From the sequence record DRR378314_953: a stretch of DNA of 64,000 nucleotides. One strand, written 5' to 3'. Made by a program: the position numbers and the translations under genes. This document shows, piece by piece, positions 10,234 through 21,520 of this stretch. The stretch's first letter is position 1. The number at the start of each line of letters is the position of its first letter. Below the pieces are notes generated by a model. The model saw only the letters and a program-made list of their open reading frames with translations, did no database searches and was not told the DNA's origin.

Positions 10234-11184
10234 ATGGGAACCGAACATTACATAGCGGAGCTGCTTTATAGATACAATTGTGTAATGGTGCCGGAATTTG
10301 GTGCTTTTTTGACACAGCTTAAATCTGCCGTTATCAATGATGCATCGAATTCGTTCTACCCTCCTTCGAAAGTAATATCTTTTAACGAACAACTGACTTC
10401 CAATGACGGACTGTTGGTTTCCTACATGGCCGATGCAGAAAAAATGTCCTATGAGGACATGCAAAAGCAAATAGCCGCCGTGTCCCTTAAGTGGAAAAAA
10501 CTTCTTAAGGAAGGAAATAGATTGAATCTTCCCAACATAGGTGAGTTATGGTTGAACAAAGAAGGAAAAACCCAGTTTCAGCCTTCGTACCAAGTAAATT
10601 ATCTTACCTTGTCCTTTGGATTGTCCACATTTGTGTCTACCCCAATTTCTAGGGAAGTTTTAAAGGAGGAAGTGATTGAACTGGAAGAGAAAATTCCATT
10701 TATGATTACCCCTGAGGCTAGGAAAGAATCTACCCTTAGGCCCTATTTAAAGTATGCAGCGGTAATACTATTGGCCATTGCCACAGGTTTTACTGGCTAC
10801 CGACTTTATAACGAGAAAGTGTACGACCAAGAGTTGGTTAGGCAGGAAGCGAATCAACAAGTTTCCAAAAATATCCAGGAAGCGACTTTTTTCAATACCG
10901 CTCCCTTGGAATTGCCTGCAGTATCCCTAAATGTCATCACCAACAAAAAAAGTGGTGCTGTGCACCAAGTTATAGCCGGAGCTTTTAGAATTCAGGAAAA
11001 TGCCGAAAAGAAAGTCCTTCAACTTAAAGAAAAAGGATACGATGCCTCCTATCTTGGTGTTAATCAATATGGTTTGCATATGGTAGCCTATGGCAGTTTT
11101 GACGATGCCAAGGAAGCCCTAAATTATTTAAGGAAAATTAAGCAATCCGAATCGCCAGAGGCTTGGTTGCGTTCCGTAAAATAA
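10234..11184 (+). CDS. HU-CCDC81-like / SPOR domain membrane protein
   Basis: N-terminal IAELLYRYNCVMVPEFGAF, central TM helix, C-terminal SPOR (VIAGAFRIQENA..AWL). Confidence 0.8.
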   Translation: MGTEHYIAELLYRYNCVMVPEFGAFLTQLKSAVINDASNSFYPPSKVISFNEQLTSNDGLLVSYMADAEKMSYEDMQKQIAAVSLKWKKLLKEGNRLNLPNIGELWLNKEGKTQFQPSYQVNYLTLSFGLSTFVSTPISREVLKEEVIELEEKIPFMITPEARKESTLRPYLKYAAVILLAIATGFTGYRLYNEKVYDQELVRQEANQQVSKNIQEATFFNTAPLELPAVSLNVITNKKSGAVHQVIAGAFRIQENAEKKVLQLKEKGYDASYLGVNQYGLHMVAYGSFDDAKEALNYLRKIKQSESPEAWLRSVK

Positions 11185-11241
11185 TTCTTACTCTCCTTTT
11201 TAGCTTAATATTAGCAATGTATCTTTGCCCAAAAGAAATGT

Positions 11242-11754
11242 ATGGAGCCAAAGACGCCCAGTGAATCTCGCACCTTAATGACCGATATGGTCCTTCCAAG
11301 TGAAACCAACCCTTTGAACAACTTGTTTGGAGGCGAATTGTTGGCCAGAATGGACCGTGCCGCCAGTATTGCCGCCAGGCGCCACAGTAGACGTATAACA
11401 GTTACTGCTTCGGTAAACCATGTAGCCTTTAACCAAGCTGTTCCAGTAGGAAGCGTGGTCACGGTAGAGGCAGCCGTTTCCAGAGCCTTCAGGACCTCCA
11501 TGGAGGTATTTATAGATGTTTGGATGGAAGACCGGTTTAACGGCGAGAAATCTAAGGTAAATGAGGCTATCTACACCTTTGTGGCTGTGGACGATAGTGG
11601 AAAGCCTACTACGGTTCCAGAATTAAAGCCAGAGACCGACTTGGAGATTCAACGTTTTGAAGCCGCCCTGCGTAGAAAGCAGCTAAGTTTAGTGCTCGCC
11701 GGCAAGATGAAACCCAAAGATGCCACCGAACTCAAGGCTTTATTCATGGATTAA
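11242..11754 (+). CDS. Acyl-CoA thioesterase (hotdog fold)
   Basis: NPLNNLFGGELLARMD, YTFVAVD; TATCTTTG box at 11220-11227. Confidence 0.92.
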   Translation: MEPKTPSESRTLMTDMVLPSETNPLNNLFGGELLARMDRAASIAARRHSRRITVTASVNHVAFNQAVPVGSVVTVEAAVSRAFRTSMEVFIDVWMEDRFNGEKSKVNEAIYTFVAVDDSGKPTTVPELKPETDLEIQRFEAALRRKQLSLVLAGKMKPKDATELKALFMD

Positions 11755-12587
11755 AAATCGAAATTATTGGGATCGGGACCAAATCTTTTTCCACGGTCCA
11801 ATTGCTCCAATTTTTTTACATCCCCGTCGGTAAGTTCAAAGTCGAAAATATCGGCATTGGCCCTAATCCGTTCCTTTTTTGCAGATTTTGGAATGGTAAC
11901 AACCCCTTTTTGCAAATCCCAGCGCAGTACAATCTGGGCAATGGTCTTATTGTATTTTTCCGCTAGGTCCTTCATAATGTCCAATTCAAAGATATACCCC
12001 TGCATCAATGGGGACCAGGCTTCATACTGAATGGTATTTTTATTACAAAAATCGATCAATTCCTGTTGTACCAAATAGGGGTGAAATTCCATTTGGTTCA
12101 CCATTGGGACTATTTCCGAGGAAGTTAGTAAATCCTCGAGATGATGCTGCATAAAATTACTTACTCCAATAGCCCTTACTCCCCTATGCTTGTACAAATA
12201 TTCCATTGCACGCCAAGTCTCCTTATACTTTCCCTTTACAGGCCAATGTACTAGGTACAGGTCCAAATAGTCCAAATTCAAGCGCTTTAAACTGGATTCA
12301 TATGACTTTATGGTACTTTCATAGCCCTGATCGCTATTCCACACCTTGCTCACCACAAATATGTCCTTGCGGTCCACGCCACTTTCCTTGATCCCAATGC
12401 CCACACCCTCTTCATTCCCGTAAACCGATGCAGTGTCTATATGTCGATATCCATCATCCAACGCCCATTTTACGGCATTGGTCACTTCCTTTCCATCTTC
12501 GGACAAATAAACCCCTAAACCAAAATAGGGCATCTCCACGCCATTATGAAGCGTAAAAGTCCCTTTTAAATCTGTTAAATTTTTCAA
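11751..12587 (-). CDS. Aldo/keto reductase
   Basis: GYRHIDTA..YGNE, YLDLYLVHWP, IGVSNF, IPKS; stop overlaps the thioesterase stop in TTAA 11751-11754. Confidence 0.95.
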   Translation of the reverse strand: MKNLTDLKGTFTLHNGVEMPYFGLGVYLSEDGKEVTNAVKWALDDGYRHIDTASVYGNEEGVGIGIKESGVDRKDIFVVSKVWNSDQGYESTIKSYESSLKRLNLDYLDLYLVHWPVKGKYKETWRAMEYLYKHRGVRAIGVSNFMQHHLEDLLTSSEIVPMVNQMEFHPYLVQQELIDFCNKNTIQYEAWSPLMQGYIFELDIMKDLAEKYNKTIAQIVLRWDLQKGVVTIPKSAKKERIRANADIFDFELTDGDVKKLEQLDRGKRFGPDPNNFDF

Positions 12588-12599
12588 TTTTAAATTATT

Positions 12600-13844
12600 T
12601 TATAGTTGATATATCCATTCCTCAGGATTAAGGCGGGTTGTATCCTTGTAAAGATAAAATTTTAATTGGGTAGTGCCGCTGGATTTGCTAGTGTAAATAT
12701 CCCCCAAATCCGACTTGGTGTTTACCTTATCCCCTTTCTTTACATAAACTCTGGAAAGATTGTAATAGGTACTTATATAATTTCCATGCTTAATCTGTAC
12801 TCCCTTATTCCCCCCAGGAACAGACAGAATGGCGATAACTTCCCCTTCAAAGATAGCCCTTGCCTTGGATCCCTCATCCGTGGCAATGATTACCCCATTG
12901 CTTTCATGCTTTATCCCTGGATAAACGGCGTCATTATAAACACCAAAACCCTGTCTTTTAATTCCCTTTTCCACCGGCCAGATCAATTTTCCCTTATTGG
13001 CCGAGAAATTATTGGCTACAATAGTAGCCTCTGGAGTCAAAACGAACTTACTACTACTTGTGGCGGTTGAACTGCTGGACTTACTAGCCTCTCTGTTAGA
13101 GGCGGCAATAGCACTGCGAATCAATCTTTCAATTTGTTCATCGATCCTTTTGGCCTCCTTCTTTTTATTTTCAATGGCCGTAGCATATTTGCTTTCGTTC
13201 TTCCTTATACTCTTCAGCAATTCCTTTTGGGATTGGATTTCCTTGTATAATTGATTCTTGATCTGGGTATTTTCCGCCACAAGTTTGTCCTTTTCCTTGC
13301 GCTGTTCGGAAAGGTCTTTGTTCAATTGGGTAAGCTCGTCCGTTTTGGCCACAATTTGCTCGCCCTGTTCCTTTCTGTATTGGGTGTATTGTTTCATATA
13401 TTGAAACCGCTTAAAAGCCTGTAGAAAATTCTCAGAGGACAAAAGAAACATTAATCTACTCTGTCTGGATTTATTCTGATAGGACTTTTGGATCATATTC
13501 CCGTATTCTTCCTTAAGAAAAGCAAGATCGTTACGCAGTTTTCCAATGTTCCTCACATTCGTGTTTATCTGCCTATTAAGTAAGTTGGACTGTTGGTTGG
13601 TAACACGGATCAACTGTTGGCGAACATTTATTTTTTGATCCATGGCCTCCATCTGCTCCAAGACATTGCCCTTCTCCTTTTTCTCCGCGAACAAGAGTCG
13701 ATTAATTTCCGATATTTCCTTTTGGAGTTGTTCCCGCTTGGATTCCAATGCCTTCTGTTCATTGGTCTGAGCAATTGCAATATTGCTAATACCAACAAAC
13801 ATAACTAAAAGAAAATAAACTATATAAGAGTGCTTACTTCCCAT
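12600..13844 (-). CDS. envC: Murein hydrolase activator EnvC family (coiled coil plus degenerate M23)
   Basis: Signal peptide, long coiled coil, KGKLIWPV, C-terminal M23 lacking zinc-ligand histidines. Confidence 0.85.
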   Translation of the reverse strand: MGSKHSYIVYFLLVMFVGISNIAIAQTNEQKALESKREQLQKEISEINRLLFAEKKEKGNVLEQMEAMDQKINVRQQLIRVTNQQSNLLNRQINTNVRNIGKLRNDLAFLKEEYGNMIQKSYQNKSRQSRLMFLLSSENFLQAFKRFQYMKQYTQYRKEQGEQIVAKTDELTQLNKDLSEQRKEKDKLVAENTQIKNQLYKEIQSQKELLKSIRKNESKYATAIENKKKEAKRIDEQIERLIRSAIAASNREASKSSSSTATSSSKFVLTPEATIVANNFSANKGKLIWPVEKGIKRQGFGVYNDAVYPGIKHESNGVIIATDEGSKARAIFEGEVIAILSVPGGNKGVQIKHGNYISTYYNLSRVYVKKGDKVNTKSDLGDIYTSKSSGTTQLKFYLYKDTTRLNPEEWIYQL

Positions 13845-13845
13845 A

Positions 13846-14631
13846 TTAATTTAATACAATTTCTTTGAAACCATTTGGTATATTATATGGGAAATTCAAT
13901 GCCCTATTGAACTCCATATTCCTAAATTCTACTTTAATATTATTGGTATTGTCCCCATCAACGGCCAGAATATCTATCTCCCCTGGCAAGACCCATTTAT
14001 TAACCTTTTGATAGGTCTTATAGTTGATTTCCAACAATCGTTTCTCCCATGGCTGCGACAACTGTTGCGTGGCCATTCTATAATTCAAGGGCTCTATTTG
14101 AAACAATGTTTTAAATAAATCCCCAGCCTTTTTTGGTTTTAACTGATAGTTGTTGTTGGCGATATCCACCATATACTTTTCATCCCGTAAATCGAAAAGA
14201 GGTTCTCCCAAAAGAAGGTTTTGTACTTTTTGAAAATTAAGGTCGGTTCCCAATAATTGACTCAAATAGGAAAAATTACCATCAAAATACTCATTGTCCA
14301 ACTTATTATAGAACGAAACCCTATCTGGAGTAATGTAGGCTTTTACGATTCCCAAGGGCGCGCTTAACCATATGGCCTTATCCTTTTCCATCCTAAAACT
14401 TACACTAACGCTTTGAGTGCTCTCCCCGTCGGAATAATCTATCCTCATCTTTCCACTTAGGGTCTTAAAATTAAAATGGGAGTAATAGTGGTTTCTTATG
14501 ACCGCTTTTGCGGTCAAATTTTCATCCACAGTACCGCTTTTAATTACGCTAGTGGACTTACACGAAAACACCAATACCACAAAAATGCCAAGAATAGCCC
14601 ATTTTTGAAGTCTTTTAAAACTGTATTTCAT
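13846..14631 (-). CDS. DUF4292 family lipoprotein
   Basis: Lipobox VFSC; RMEKDKAIWLSA, ITPD; position between TPR gene and envC. Confidence 0.75.
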   Translation of the reverse strand: MKYSFKRLQKWAILGIFVVLVFSCKSTSVIKSGTVDENLTAKAVIRNHYYSHFNFKTLSGKMRIDYSDGESTQSVSVSFRMEKDKAIWLSAPLGIVKAYITPDRVSFYNKLDNEYFDGNFSYLSQLLGTDLNFQKVQNLLLGEPLFDLRDEKYMVDIANNNYQLKPKKAGDLFKTLFQIEPLNYRMATQQLSQPWEKRLLEINYKTYQKVNKWVLPGEIDILAVDGDNTNNIKVEFRNMEFNRALNFPYNIPNGFKEIVLN

Positions 14632-14635
14632 AGAT

Positions 14636-15568
14636 TTACGACCCGGATTTTAATTTACTAAGATACATATTTGCTTTGGAAGAATTTCCCAAAGCATTGT
14701 TAGCATCTACCAATTCTTTGTACATCTTATTGGCTAGATCAGCATCGTCCAATAAATAGTCCAATCCAGACTCCAATATGGCAATGGCCTCCTTATGTTT
14801 CTTCACCTTATTTAAACTAAGTCCGTATGTGTAATAAAAATATGGCTGTGCAGGGAAATTCTCCAAGGCCTCCTCACTTAAGGATGCAGCACTTTTAAAT
14901 TCGCTCTTTTTCAAAAAGCCAGAAATATTGGTTACATAATTATCCATGGGGCTTTCTTTTTGGACCTCCACAATAATTGAATCCTTTTGAATTTCAGTAT
15001 TTTCCCTGCTCTTGATGTGGCTGTGTATTCTCGAGGAAAGATCTTTGGAAAATGCCGAAATTTTCATACCGTTAAGTATTTTCAAGACACTTTCGTAGTT
15101 TTCCTGTCTAAAATAGATCAAAGCCAGATTTTCTTGGAGCTTGGCATTATTATAAGGGATCTTATCCTTTATCAAATCCAAGCCCAACCCTTGGCGTTGC
15201 GTAATATCTACCAAGGTATTCAATACCCACAGATTATCCGGCCTGGCATTCAAGGCCGAAATACCATATTGCTGAGCCAAAACAACTTGTTTGGAAGCCA
15301 AATAGGCCTTGGCCAGTTCATGGTCCAATACCGAGTTATTGGGGTCCAAGCGTTTACATTCCAAGAGTAGGTTAACTGCCCTATCGTAGTTTTCAATTCC
15401 CTTTTGTTTTAACGCCTCAAAGAATTTTTCCTGAAACTCATCGGTATATTCCTCCAAAAAAACCTCCGAACTCTCCTCTTCCTTAAATTCATTTTCTTGG
15501 GCATAACTAGGTCCTGGGATTAAAACTAGCCCCAAGGCAAAAATAAAAATGTAGCCCCTCCTTCTCAT
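14636..15568 (-). CDS. Tetratricopeptide repeat protein, exported
   Basis: Signal peptide, helical TPR-like repeats. Confidence 0.75.
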   Translation of the reverse strand: MRRRGYIFIFALGLVLIPGPSYAQENEFKEEESSEVFLEEYTDEFQEKFFEALKQKGIENYDRAVNLLLECKRLDPNNSVLDHELAKAYLASKQVVLAQQYGISALNARPDNLWVLNTLVDITQRQGLGLDLIKDKIPYNNAKLQENLALIYFRQENYESVLKILNGMKISAFSKDLSSRIHSHIKSRENTEIQKDSIIVEVQKESPMDNYVTNISGFLKKSEFKSAASLSEEALENFPAQPYFYYTYGLSLNKVKKHKEAIAILESGLDYLLDDADLANKMYKELVDANNALGNSSKANMYLSKLKSGS

Positions 15569-15747
15569 ATTACAAATTCCTTTTTCTAGGAAAATAAACC
15601 TTAAATCCTACACAATTTCAGACCCAATATTGGATTGTCCCAAAATTACTTCTATTCTAACAGATTCTTATGGCAGAATAAAAAGACAACCAAAACCTTC
15701 ATAAAATTAGTGATAATGCCATAGCCCACCCTGTTTATACAAGGGTT

Positions 15748-16182
15748 TTATTTTAACCCTGTACTCCCAAATCCTCCCTCGCCCCTTGAGGTTACGGAAA
15801 GCTCCTCGACCAAGTCCCACTCTGCCCTTTCGTGCTTGGCAATAACCAATTGGGCTATACGCTCCCCATTTTCTATTGTGAAAGCCTCCGTGGAAAGATT
15901 TATCAATATTACCCCTACTTCACCTCTATAATCGGCATCAACCGTGCCAGGAGCATTTAGAACAGTAATTCCCTTTTTCGCCGCCAACCCGCTTCTTGGT
16001 CTCACCTGAGCTTCAAAACCTATTGGAAGCTCCAGAAAAAGACCAGTCTTTACTATGGTTCTTTCCATGGGTTGCAATACAATGGATTCTGTTAGATTGG
16101 CCCTAAGATCCATCCCCGCAGAAGCCAAGGTTTCGTAGTTGGGCAAGGGATGAACAGATTTATTGATGATCTTTATAGTCAT
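15748..16182 (-). CDS. dut: dUTP diphosphatase
   Basis: [30 protein letters not shown]. Confidence 0.98.
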   Translation of the reverse strand: MTIKIINKSVHPLPNYETLASAGMDLRANLTESIVLQPMERTIVKTGLFLELPIGFEAQVRPRSGLAAKKGITVLNAPGTVDADYRGEVGVILINLSTEAFTIENGERIAQLVIAKHERAEWDLVEELSVTSRGEGGFGSTGLK

Positions 16183-17642
16183 TTTCTTAGAAATATTTGT
16201 TTTAACTTATCACTTTCAAGCCTATATACCATACCCAAAAATATAATAAATAATATACTGCCAATAATCAAATTACGATTGAAAGCGTAAAAAGATAGCA
16301 TGGAAAATGAGATGGAAACCACTAGATAAAAAATTATTTTTCTGTGATTGTAAGGTATAGGGTAATACATTCTGCCAAAAAAGAAGGAAAGGATAACCAT
16401 GGAGCCATAAGCTACCAAAGTAGCCACTGCAGAGGCCACATATCCGAAATAGGGAATAAATGCATAATTAATAATTATCGTTAATACCGCTCCTATCAGG
16501 GAGATATAAGCCCCAAATTTTGTACGGTCCGTTACCTTATACCATACCGATAGATTGTGATAGATTCCCAGACAAAAACTTGCCAAAATAATTATGGGCA
16601 CCACAGACATGGCCTCCCAATAATCCGAATTGGGAACAATGAATAGTTTGAGGACATCCGCATAGACCACAACAGAAAGTAATATAACGCTTCCCAAGAT
16701 CACGAAATAATTGGTGATCTGTGCATAGGCCCTTTGGGGGTTATCACTTTTGGAGTGACTAAAAAAGAAAGGTTCTATTCCCATCCTAAAAGCCGTTGCA
16801 AAGAGTGTCATGAACAAGGTAAGTTTATAGCAGGCAGAATATTTTCCGATCTCACTCTCGGCAATATCATTTGGCAAAAGCCAATCTAACATAATCCTAT
16901 CAAATACTTCATTGATGGTAAAGGCAATACCGGCTATTAAAACAGGGGCAGCGTATTTCATCATGTTGGTCCATATAAACCTGTCGAAGATGTAGGGCCT
17001 TCTTAAATATAGCCGCAACATCAAAAGGAGGGTTATGCCACTCGCTATCAACATAGAGATGAATATGTAGGAGATCTCAAAGTTGGGCTTGTAGAGACCA
17101 CTTAAAAACGAATCTGGATTACTTTCCGCCATAATTGGAAGAATCAATAAGAAAAAACAATTGAGACTTAAGTTGATAACCACATTGGCAATTTTGACCA
17201 AAGCATAGCGCATAGGTTTTTCATTGGCCCTTAACCAGGAAAACGGAATAATTACCAAAGCATCCAAAACAAGGATCAATATGGCATAGGTGATAAATTG
17301 GGGATCTATATCACTTATTGATGAAATGGTTCCCTTAAACATAAAAGCTAACAGCAAGAATATAAAGGAAGAGACCCCAATGGAAATTAAGGAAGTGGTA
17401 ACAACGGTTTTCTTATTTAAAGAGGTATCGTTGTAAAAACGAAAAAAGGCAGTTTCCATGCCATATGCAAGCAGCACATTAAAAATAGCAAACCAAGCAA
17501 AAATAATGGAAACCTCCCCATATCCATCTGTGGGAAGAACAGTTACATATAAGGGCGTTAAAAGAAACGATAGCATTCGGGGCAATACCGTAGCTAAGCC
17601 ATAGATAAACGTCTGTTTAAATAGTTTTTTAAGTGGATTCAA
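16179..17642 (-). CDS. Polysaccharide flippase (Wzx/MOP family)
   Basis: About 13-14 hydrophobic segments, [16 protein letters not shown] start; TAACTTTG box at 17690-17697 (-). Confidence 0.85.
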   Translation of the reverse strand: MNPLKKLFKQTFIYGLATVLPRMLSFLLTPLYVTVLPTDGYGEVSIIFAWFAIFNVLLAYGMETAFFRFYNDTSLNKKTVVTTSLISIGVSSFIFLLLAFMFKGTISSISDIDPQFITYAILILVLDALVIIPFSWLRANEKPMRYALVKIANVVINLSLNCFFLLILPIMAESNPDSFLSGLYKPNFEISYIFISMLIASGITLLLMLRLYLRRPYIFDRFIWTNMMKYAAPVLIAGIAFTINEVFDRIMLDWLLPNDIAESEIGKYSACYKLTLFMTLFATAFRMGIEPFFFSHSKSDNPQRAYAQITNYFVILGSVILLSVVVYADVLKLFIVPNSDYWEAMSVVPIIILASFCLGIYHNLSVWYKVTDRTKFGAYISLIGAVLTIIINYAFIPYFGYVASAVATLVAYGSMVILSFFFGRMYYPIPYNHRKIIFYLVVSISFSMLSFYAFNRNLIIGSILFIIFLGMVYRLESDKLKQIFLRK

Positions 17643-17734
17643 AGAAATCTATGAATTAGCTTTAAAATTAGGCATTTAATCAATGCGGGCAAAGTTAGTT
17701 AATTAGCTTATGCGACAAATAACCCCATAAATAT

Positions 17735-17759
17735 AAAAACCCCACAATATAGTGGGGTT
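17735..17759 (-). terminator. Terminator of atp operon
   Basis: Minus strand AACCCCAC-TATATT-GTGGGGTTTTT. Confidence 0.75.
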
Positions 17760-17831
17760 CTATGTTTTAAAACCTATCCATAACGACAGGAATTTTATTT
17801 AAAACTTATATATTCAACGCCTAAATAGCGT

Positions 17832-18692
17832 CTAGTTGTTCAGGGCCTCAGCTCCACCAACAATTTCAAGGATCTCGCCGGTGATGGCAGCTTGTCTTGC
17901 TTTGTTATAGGTAAGTTTCAACTGATTTCTCAACTCAGTTGCATTGTCCGTTGCCTTGTGCATAGCAGTCATACGGGCACCATGTTCACTAGCAAACGAA
18001 TCACGCACCCCCTTATACAACTGTGTCTTTAATGATTTTGGAATCAACTGTTCCACAATCTCGGCCTTGGAAGGTTCAAAAATATAATCGGCTGCCGAAT
18101 TGGCTTCACCTTCTACGGGAACAATTGGCAAGAATTGCTCTGTCATTACTATTTGGGTAGCGGCATTTTTGAATTTGTTATATACAATTTCAATCTTGTC
18201 GTATGCCCCTGTGGTAAACAGATCCATCAATTCCTCGGCAATAACAGCTACATTATCGAACGTTAAATCATCATAAACCGCACTGTGGTTTGCAATAACC
18301 TTGTTCTTTTTCTTTAAAATATCATTGGCCTTTTTACCTATGGCAACAAAATCTACCTGTTTGCCAGCATAGGTCTCCCTTGCCAAAAGAGCACTTTGTT
18401 TTAAGATGTTCGTGTTGAAGGCGCCGCATAAACCCCTGTTGGAGGTAATGGCAACGATCAAAACCTTTTTTACTTCACGATTATCGGCAAACTTGCTTCC
18501 GGAATCTGCATCCAAACTAGCGCTAAGACTTTGCAAAAGCTCCGACAATTTATCGGAATATGGACGCATTGCGGTAATGGCATCCTGAGCCTTCTTCAAC
18601 TTAGCCGCAGATACCATTTTCATGGCACTGGTTATCTGCATCGTTGAAGATACCGAAGCAATTCTATTACGTATTTCTTTTAAATTGGCCAT
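17832..18692 (-). CDS. atpG: ATP synthase F1 gamma subunit
   Basis: MANLKEIRNRI..QITSAMKMV, RGLCG, RQAAITGEILEI; start moved to ATG at 18692. Confidence 0.99.
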   Translation of the reverse strand: MANLKEIRNRIASVSSTMQITSAMKMVSAAKLKKAQDAITAMRPYSDKLSELLQSLSASLDADSGSKFADNREVKKVLIVAITSNRGLCGAFNTNILKQSALLARETYAGKQVDFVAIGKKANDILKKKNKVIANHSAVYDDLTFDNVAVIAEELMDLFTTGAYDKIEIVYNKFKNAATQIVMTEQFLPIVPVEGEANSAADYIFEPSKAEIVEQLIPKSLKTQLYKGVRDSFASEHGARMTAMHKATDNATELRNQLKLTYNKARQAAITGEILEIVGGAEALNN

Positions 18693-18749
18693 AGGCTCCA
18701 CTTAAGCTCCCCAAGGAGAGGAATACTGTGTTAGACATTCATTTATTCA

Positions 18750-18790
18750 ATTTTTTCTGTCCTCTTAGTTGAAAAGAGGACAGAAAAAAT
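18750..18790. other. Perfect 17-bp stem-loop between atpA and atpG
   Basis: ATTTTTTCTGTCCTCTT-N7-AAGAGGACAGAAAAAAT. Confidence 0.85.
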
Positions 18791-18796
18791 ACTTTA

Positions 18797-20371
18797 TTAA
18801 TATTTAGCGGATAGATCTTTTGCTACAGAGCTCAAAACATCTATTACCTCATCCGTTAACTTTCCTGCCTTAAGCTGATCCAAAACGTCTCTATGCTTGG
18901 CATTCAAGAACTCGATATAGTCCCTTTCAAATTCCTTTACTTTCTCCACAGGAACCTTGTTCAACAAGTTCTTGGAACCAGCATAAATAATAGCTACCTG
19001 ATCTTCAACAGTAAAAGGATCGTTTTGCGCCTGCTTTAGAATTTCAACGTTTCTACGTCCTTTTTCAATAACATTCAATGTAGCGGCATCCAGATCAGAA
19101 CCAAACTTGGCAAAAGCCTCCAATTCACGGAATTGTGCCTGGTCCAATTTTAAGGTACCTGCTACCTTTTTCATAGATTTTATCTGAGCATTACCCCCAA
19201 CACGTGATACCGAAATACCTACGTTGATCGCTGGACGCACCCCTTGGTTGAAAAGATCCTGGGTCAAGAAGATCTGACCGTCCGTAATGGAAATTACGTT
19301 GGTAGGGATATATGCAGAAACGTCACCTGCTTGAGTCTCAATAATAGGCAAGGCAGTTAATGAACCTCCACCTTTTACCATAGGTTTCAAAGCCTCTGGC
19401 AAATCGTTCATGTTCTTGGCAATGGTATCATCCGCAATTACCTTTGCAGCACGCTCCAATAATCTGGAGTGTAGATAAAATACATCCCCAGGATATGCCT
19501 CACGTCCCGGTGGTCTTCTTAACAACAATGATATCTCACGATAGGCAACCGCCTGTTTTGACAAATCATCATAGATAATTAAAGCTGGTCTACCTGTATC
19601 CCTAAAATATTCGCCGATAGCTGCTCCGGCAAATGGTGCATAAACCTGCATGGAAGCAGGATCGGAAGCATTTGCGGCAACAATGGTAGTATAGGCCAAA
19701 GCTCCTGCATCTTCCAAGGTTTTGGCTATGTTTGCCACTGTAGAGGCCTTTTGGCCAATAGCAACATATATACAATATACAGGTTCCCCTGCATCATAAA
19801 ATTCTTTTTGATTCAAAATAGTATCCACACAAACGGTGGTCTTACCCGTTTGACGGTCACCAATAACCAACTCACGCTGACCTCTACCTACCGGAATCAT
19901 GGCATCGATAGCCTTGATACCCGTTTGTAGTGGCTCGTTTACAGGCTGACGGAAAATAACCCCAGGCGCCTTACGCTCCAATGGCAATTCATATAAATCC
20001 CCGGTAATGGGCCCCTTACCATCTATTGGCGCTCCCAATGTATCTACAACACGTCCTACAATGCCTTCACCAACTTTAATGGAGGCAATGGTCTGTGTAC
20101 GTTTTACAACAGATCCTTCCTTTACATTTCTAGATGGGCTCAACAATACCACACCAACGTTATCTTCTTCCAAGTTAAGAACGATCCCCTGAAGTCCACC
20201 TTCAAATTCTACCAATTCCCCGTATTGGACATTAGACAATCCATAAACCCTAGCGATACCATCACCTACTTGTAGAACGGTACCTACCTCGTTTAATGAA
20301 GCTGATGCTTCAAATCCCGATAACTGCTTCTTTAATATTGCTGATACTTCAGCGGCTTTTACTCCTGCCAT
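18797..20371 (-). CDS. atpA: ATP synthase F1 alpha subunit
   Basis: GDRQTGKT Walker [22 protein letters not shown]. Confidence 0.99.
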   Translation of the reverse strand: MAGVKAAEVSAILKKQLSGFEASASLNEVGTVLQVGDGIARVYGLSNVQYGELVEFEGGLQGIVLNLEEDNVGVVLLSPSRNVKEGSVVKRTQTIASIKVGEGIVGRVVDTLGAPIDGKGPITGDLYELPLERKAPGVIFRQPVNEPLQTGIKAIDAMIPVGRGQRELVIGDRQTGKTTVCVDTILNQKEFYDAGEPVYCIYVAIGQKASTVANIAKTLEDAGALAYTTIVAANASDPASMQVYAPFAGAAIGEYFRDTGRPALIIYDDLSKQAVAYREISLLLRRPPGREAYPGDVFYLHSRLLERAAKVIADDTIAKNMNDLPEALKPMVKGGGSLTALPIIETQAGDVSAYIPTNVISITDGQIFLTQDLFNQGVRPAINVGISVSRVGGNAQIKSMKKVAGTLKLDQAQFRELEAFAKFGSDLDAATLNVIEKGRRNVEILKQAQNDPFTVEDQVAIIYAGSKNLLNKVPVEKVKEFERDYIEFLNAKHRDVLDQLKAGKLTDEVIDVLSSVAKDLSAKY

Positions 20372-20429
20372 TTGTTATAGATATAAGATTAGGACCACAT
20401 TGACACCCAACATCGTCCAAAAAAATTAT

Positions 20430-20969
20430 TTATAGACTATTTGTAAACTCTCTTTTCAAATTACTCAATTTGTTGGCGATGCTCGCATCGTACTGCAAAT
20501 CTCCAACACGCAAAATAAAACCTCCTATAATGCTCTCATCCACCTTGTTCTCTATAGTGGATTCATTACCGGTAAGTTCAACTACTTTGCCCAATATCTT
20601 TTTTTCCAGATCAGCGCTTAGTGGTACCGCGGTGGTTACAAAAGCAACTCCTTGACCTTTACGAGCTTCATTTAAAGTAATGAACTTCTCGGCAACGTCC
20701 TTCAAAATTGAAATTCGCTTATTATCCACCAAAGTGGAAATAAGTCCCTCCGTAACAGAACTGCTCCCGGAGAAAATTTCGGACAATGCCTTCTTTTTAA
20801 CTTCCCCCTTTAAAACGGGACTTCCCAACATTTCCTCAAGTTCAGGGCTGTCGGCAATAGTAGCTACTATTTTTCGAAAATCCTTCTCCACCTGATCGAT
20901 AGCCTTATTCTCTACCCCCAAGTCCAATATTGCTTTTGCGTAACGTACGGCTGCTCTAGCTTCGTTCAT
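20430..20969 (-). CDS. atpH: ATP synthase delta subunit
   Basis: AVRYAKA, IIGGFILRVGDLQYDAS; operon position. Confidence 0.96.
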   Translation of the reverse strand: MNEARAAVRYAKAILDLGVENKAIDQVEKDFRKIVATIADSPELEEMLGSPVLKGEVKKKALSEIFSGSSSVTEGLISTLVDNKRISILKDVAEKFITLNEARKGQGVAFVTTAVPLSADLEKKILGKVVELTGNESTIENKVDESIIGGFILRVGDLQYDASIANKLSNLKREFTNSL

Positions 20970-20979
20970 ATTCCAGTTC

Positions 20980-21480
20980 CTAATTTAGCTTGATATCCCC
21001 GATCATGTCCTCGACCAACTTCATTTGTTTGGCCTTATCGGAAAACTGTCCTTTAATTACTTTTTCCGCAATCTCCAAAGATAGGGTGGCAACTTCGTTC
21101 TTTATATCGGCAACCGCTGCTTTCTTTTCGCTTTCAATAGCAACTTGGGCCTGCTTGATCATCTTATCAGCCTCTGCCTGTGCCAAATCCTTAGCATCGG
21201 CAACTATTTTCTCTTTCATCTCACGGGCCTCTTTGATCATAGACTCACGTTCTACCCTTGCCTCCTGCAAAAGACGTTCGCTATCGGCAGTAACATTTTG
21301 CATTTCCTTTTTGGCGTTCTCCGCTGCAGCCAAGGCGTCCTTGATACCTGATTCACGATCCTCAACGGCATCAAGAATAGGCTTCCACGCAAATTTACGT
21401 AACAAGAGAAGCACTGCTATAAACAATAACAATTGCCAAAAAAACAATCCAAATGAAAACTGCTCTATTAATTTTTCCAT
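20980..21480 (-). CDS. atpF: ATP synthase F0 subunit b
   Basis: N-terminal TM, FAWKPIL, coiled coil. Confidence 0.96.
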   Translation of the reverse strand: MEKLIEQFSFGLFFWQLLLFIAVLLLLRKFAWKPILDAVEDRESGIKDALAAAENAKKEMQNVTADSERLLQEARVERESMIKEAREMKEKIVADAKDLAQAEADKMIKQAQVAIESEKKAAVADIKNEVATLSLEIAEKVIKGQFSDKAKQMKLVEDMIGDIKLN

Positions 21481-21520
21481 GTCCTAATTTATGAAATGTA
21501 AACGTTTAATTTTTAATTGT

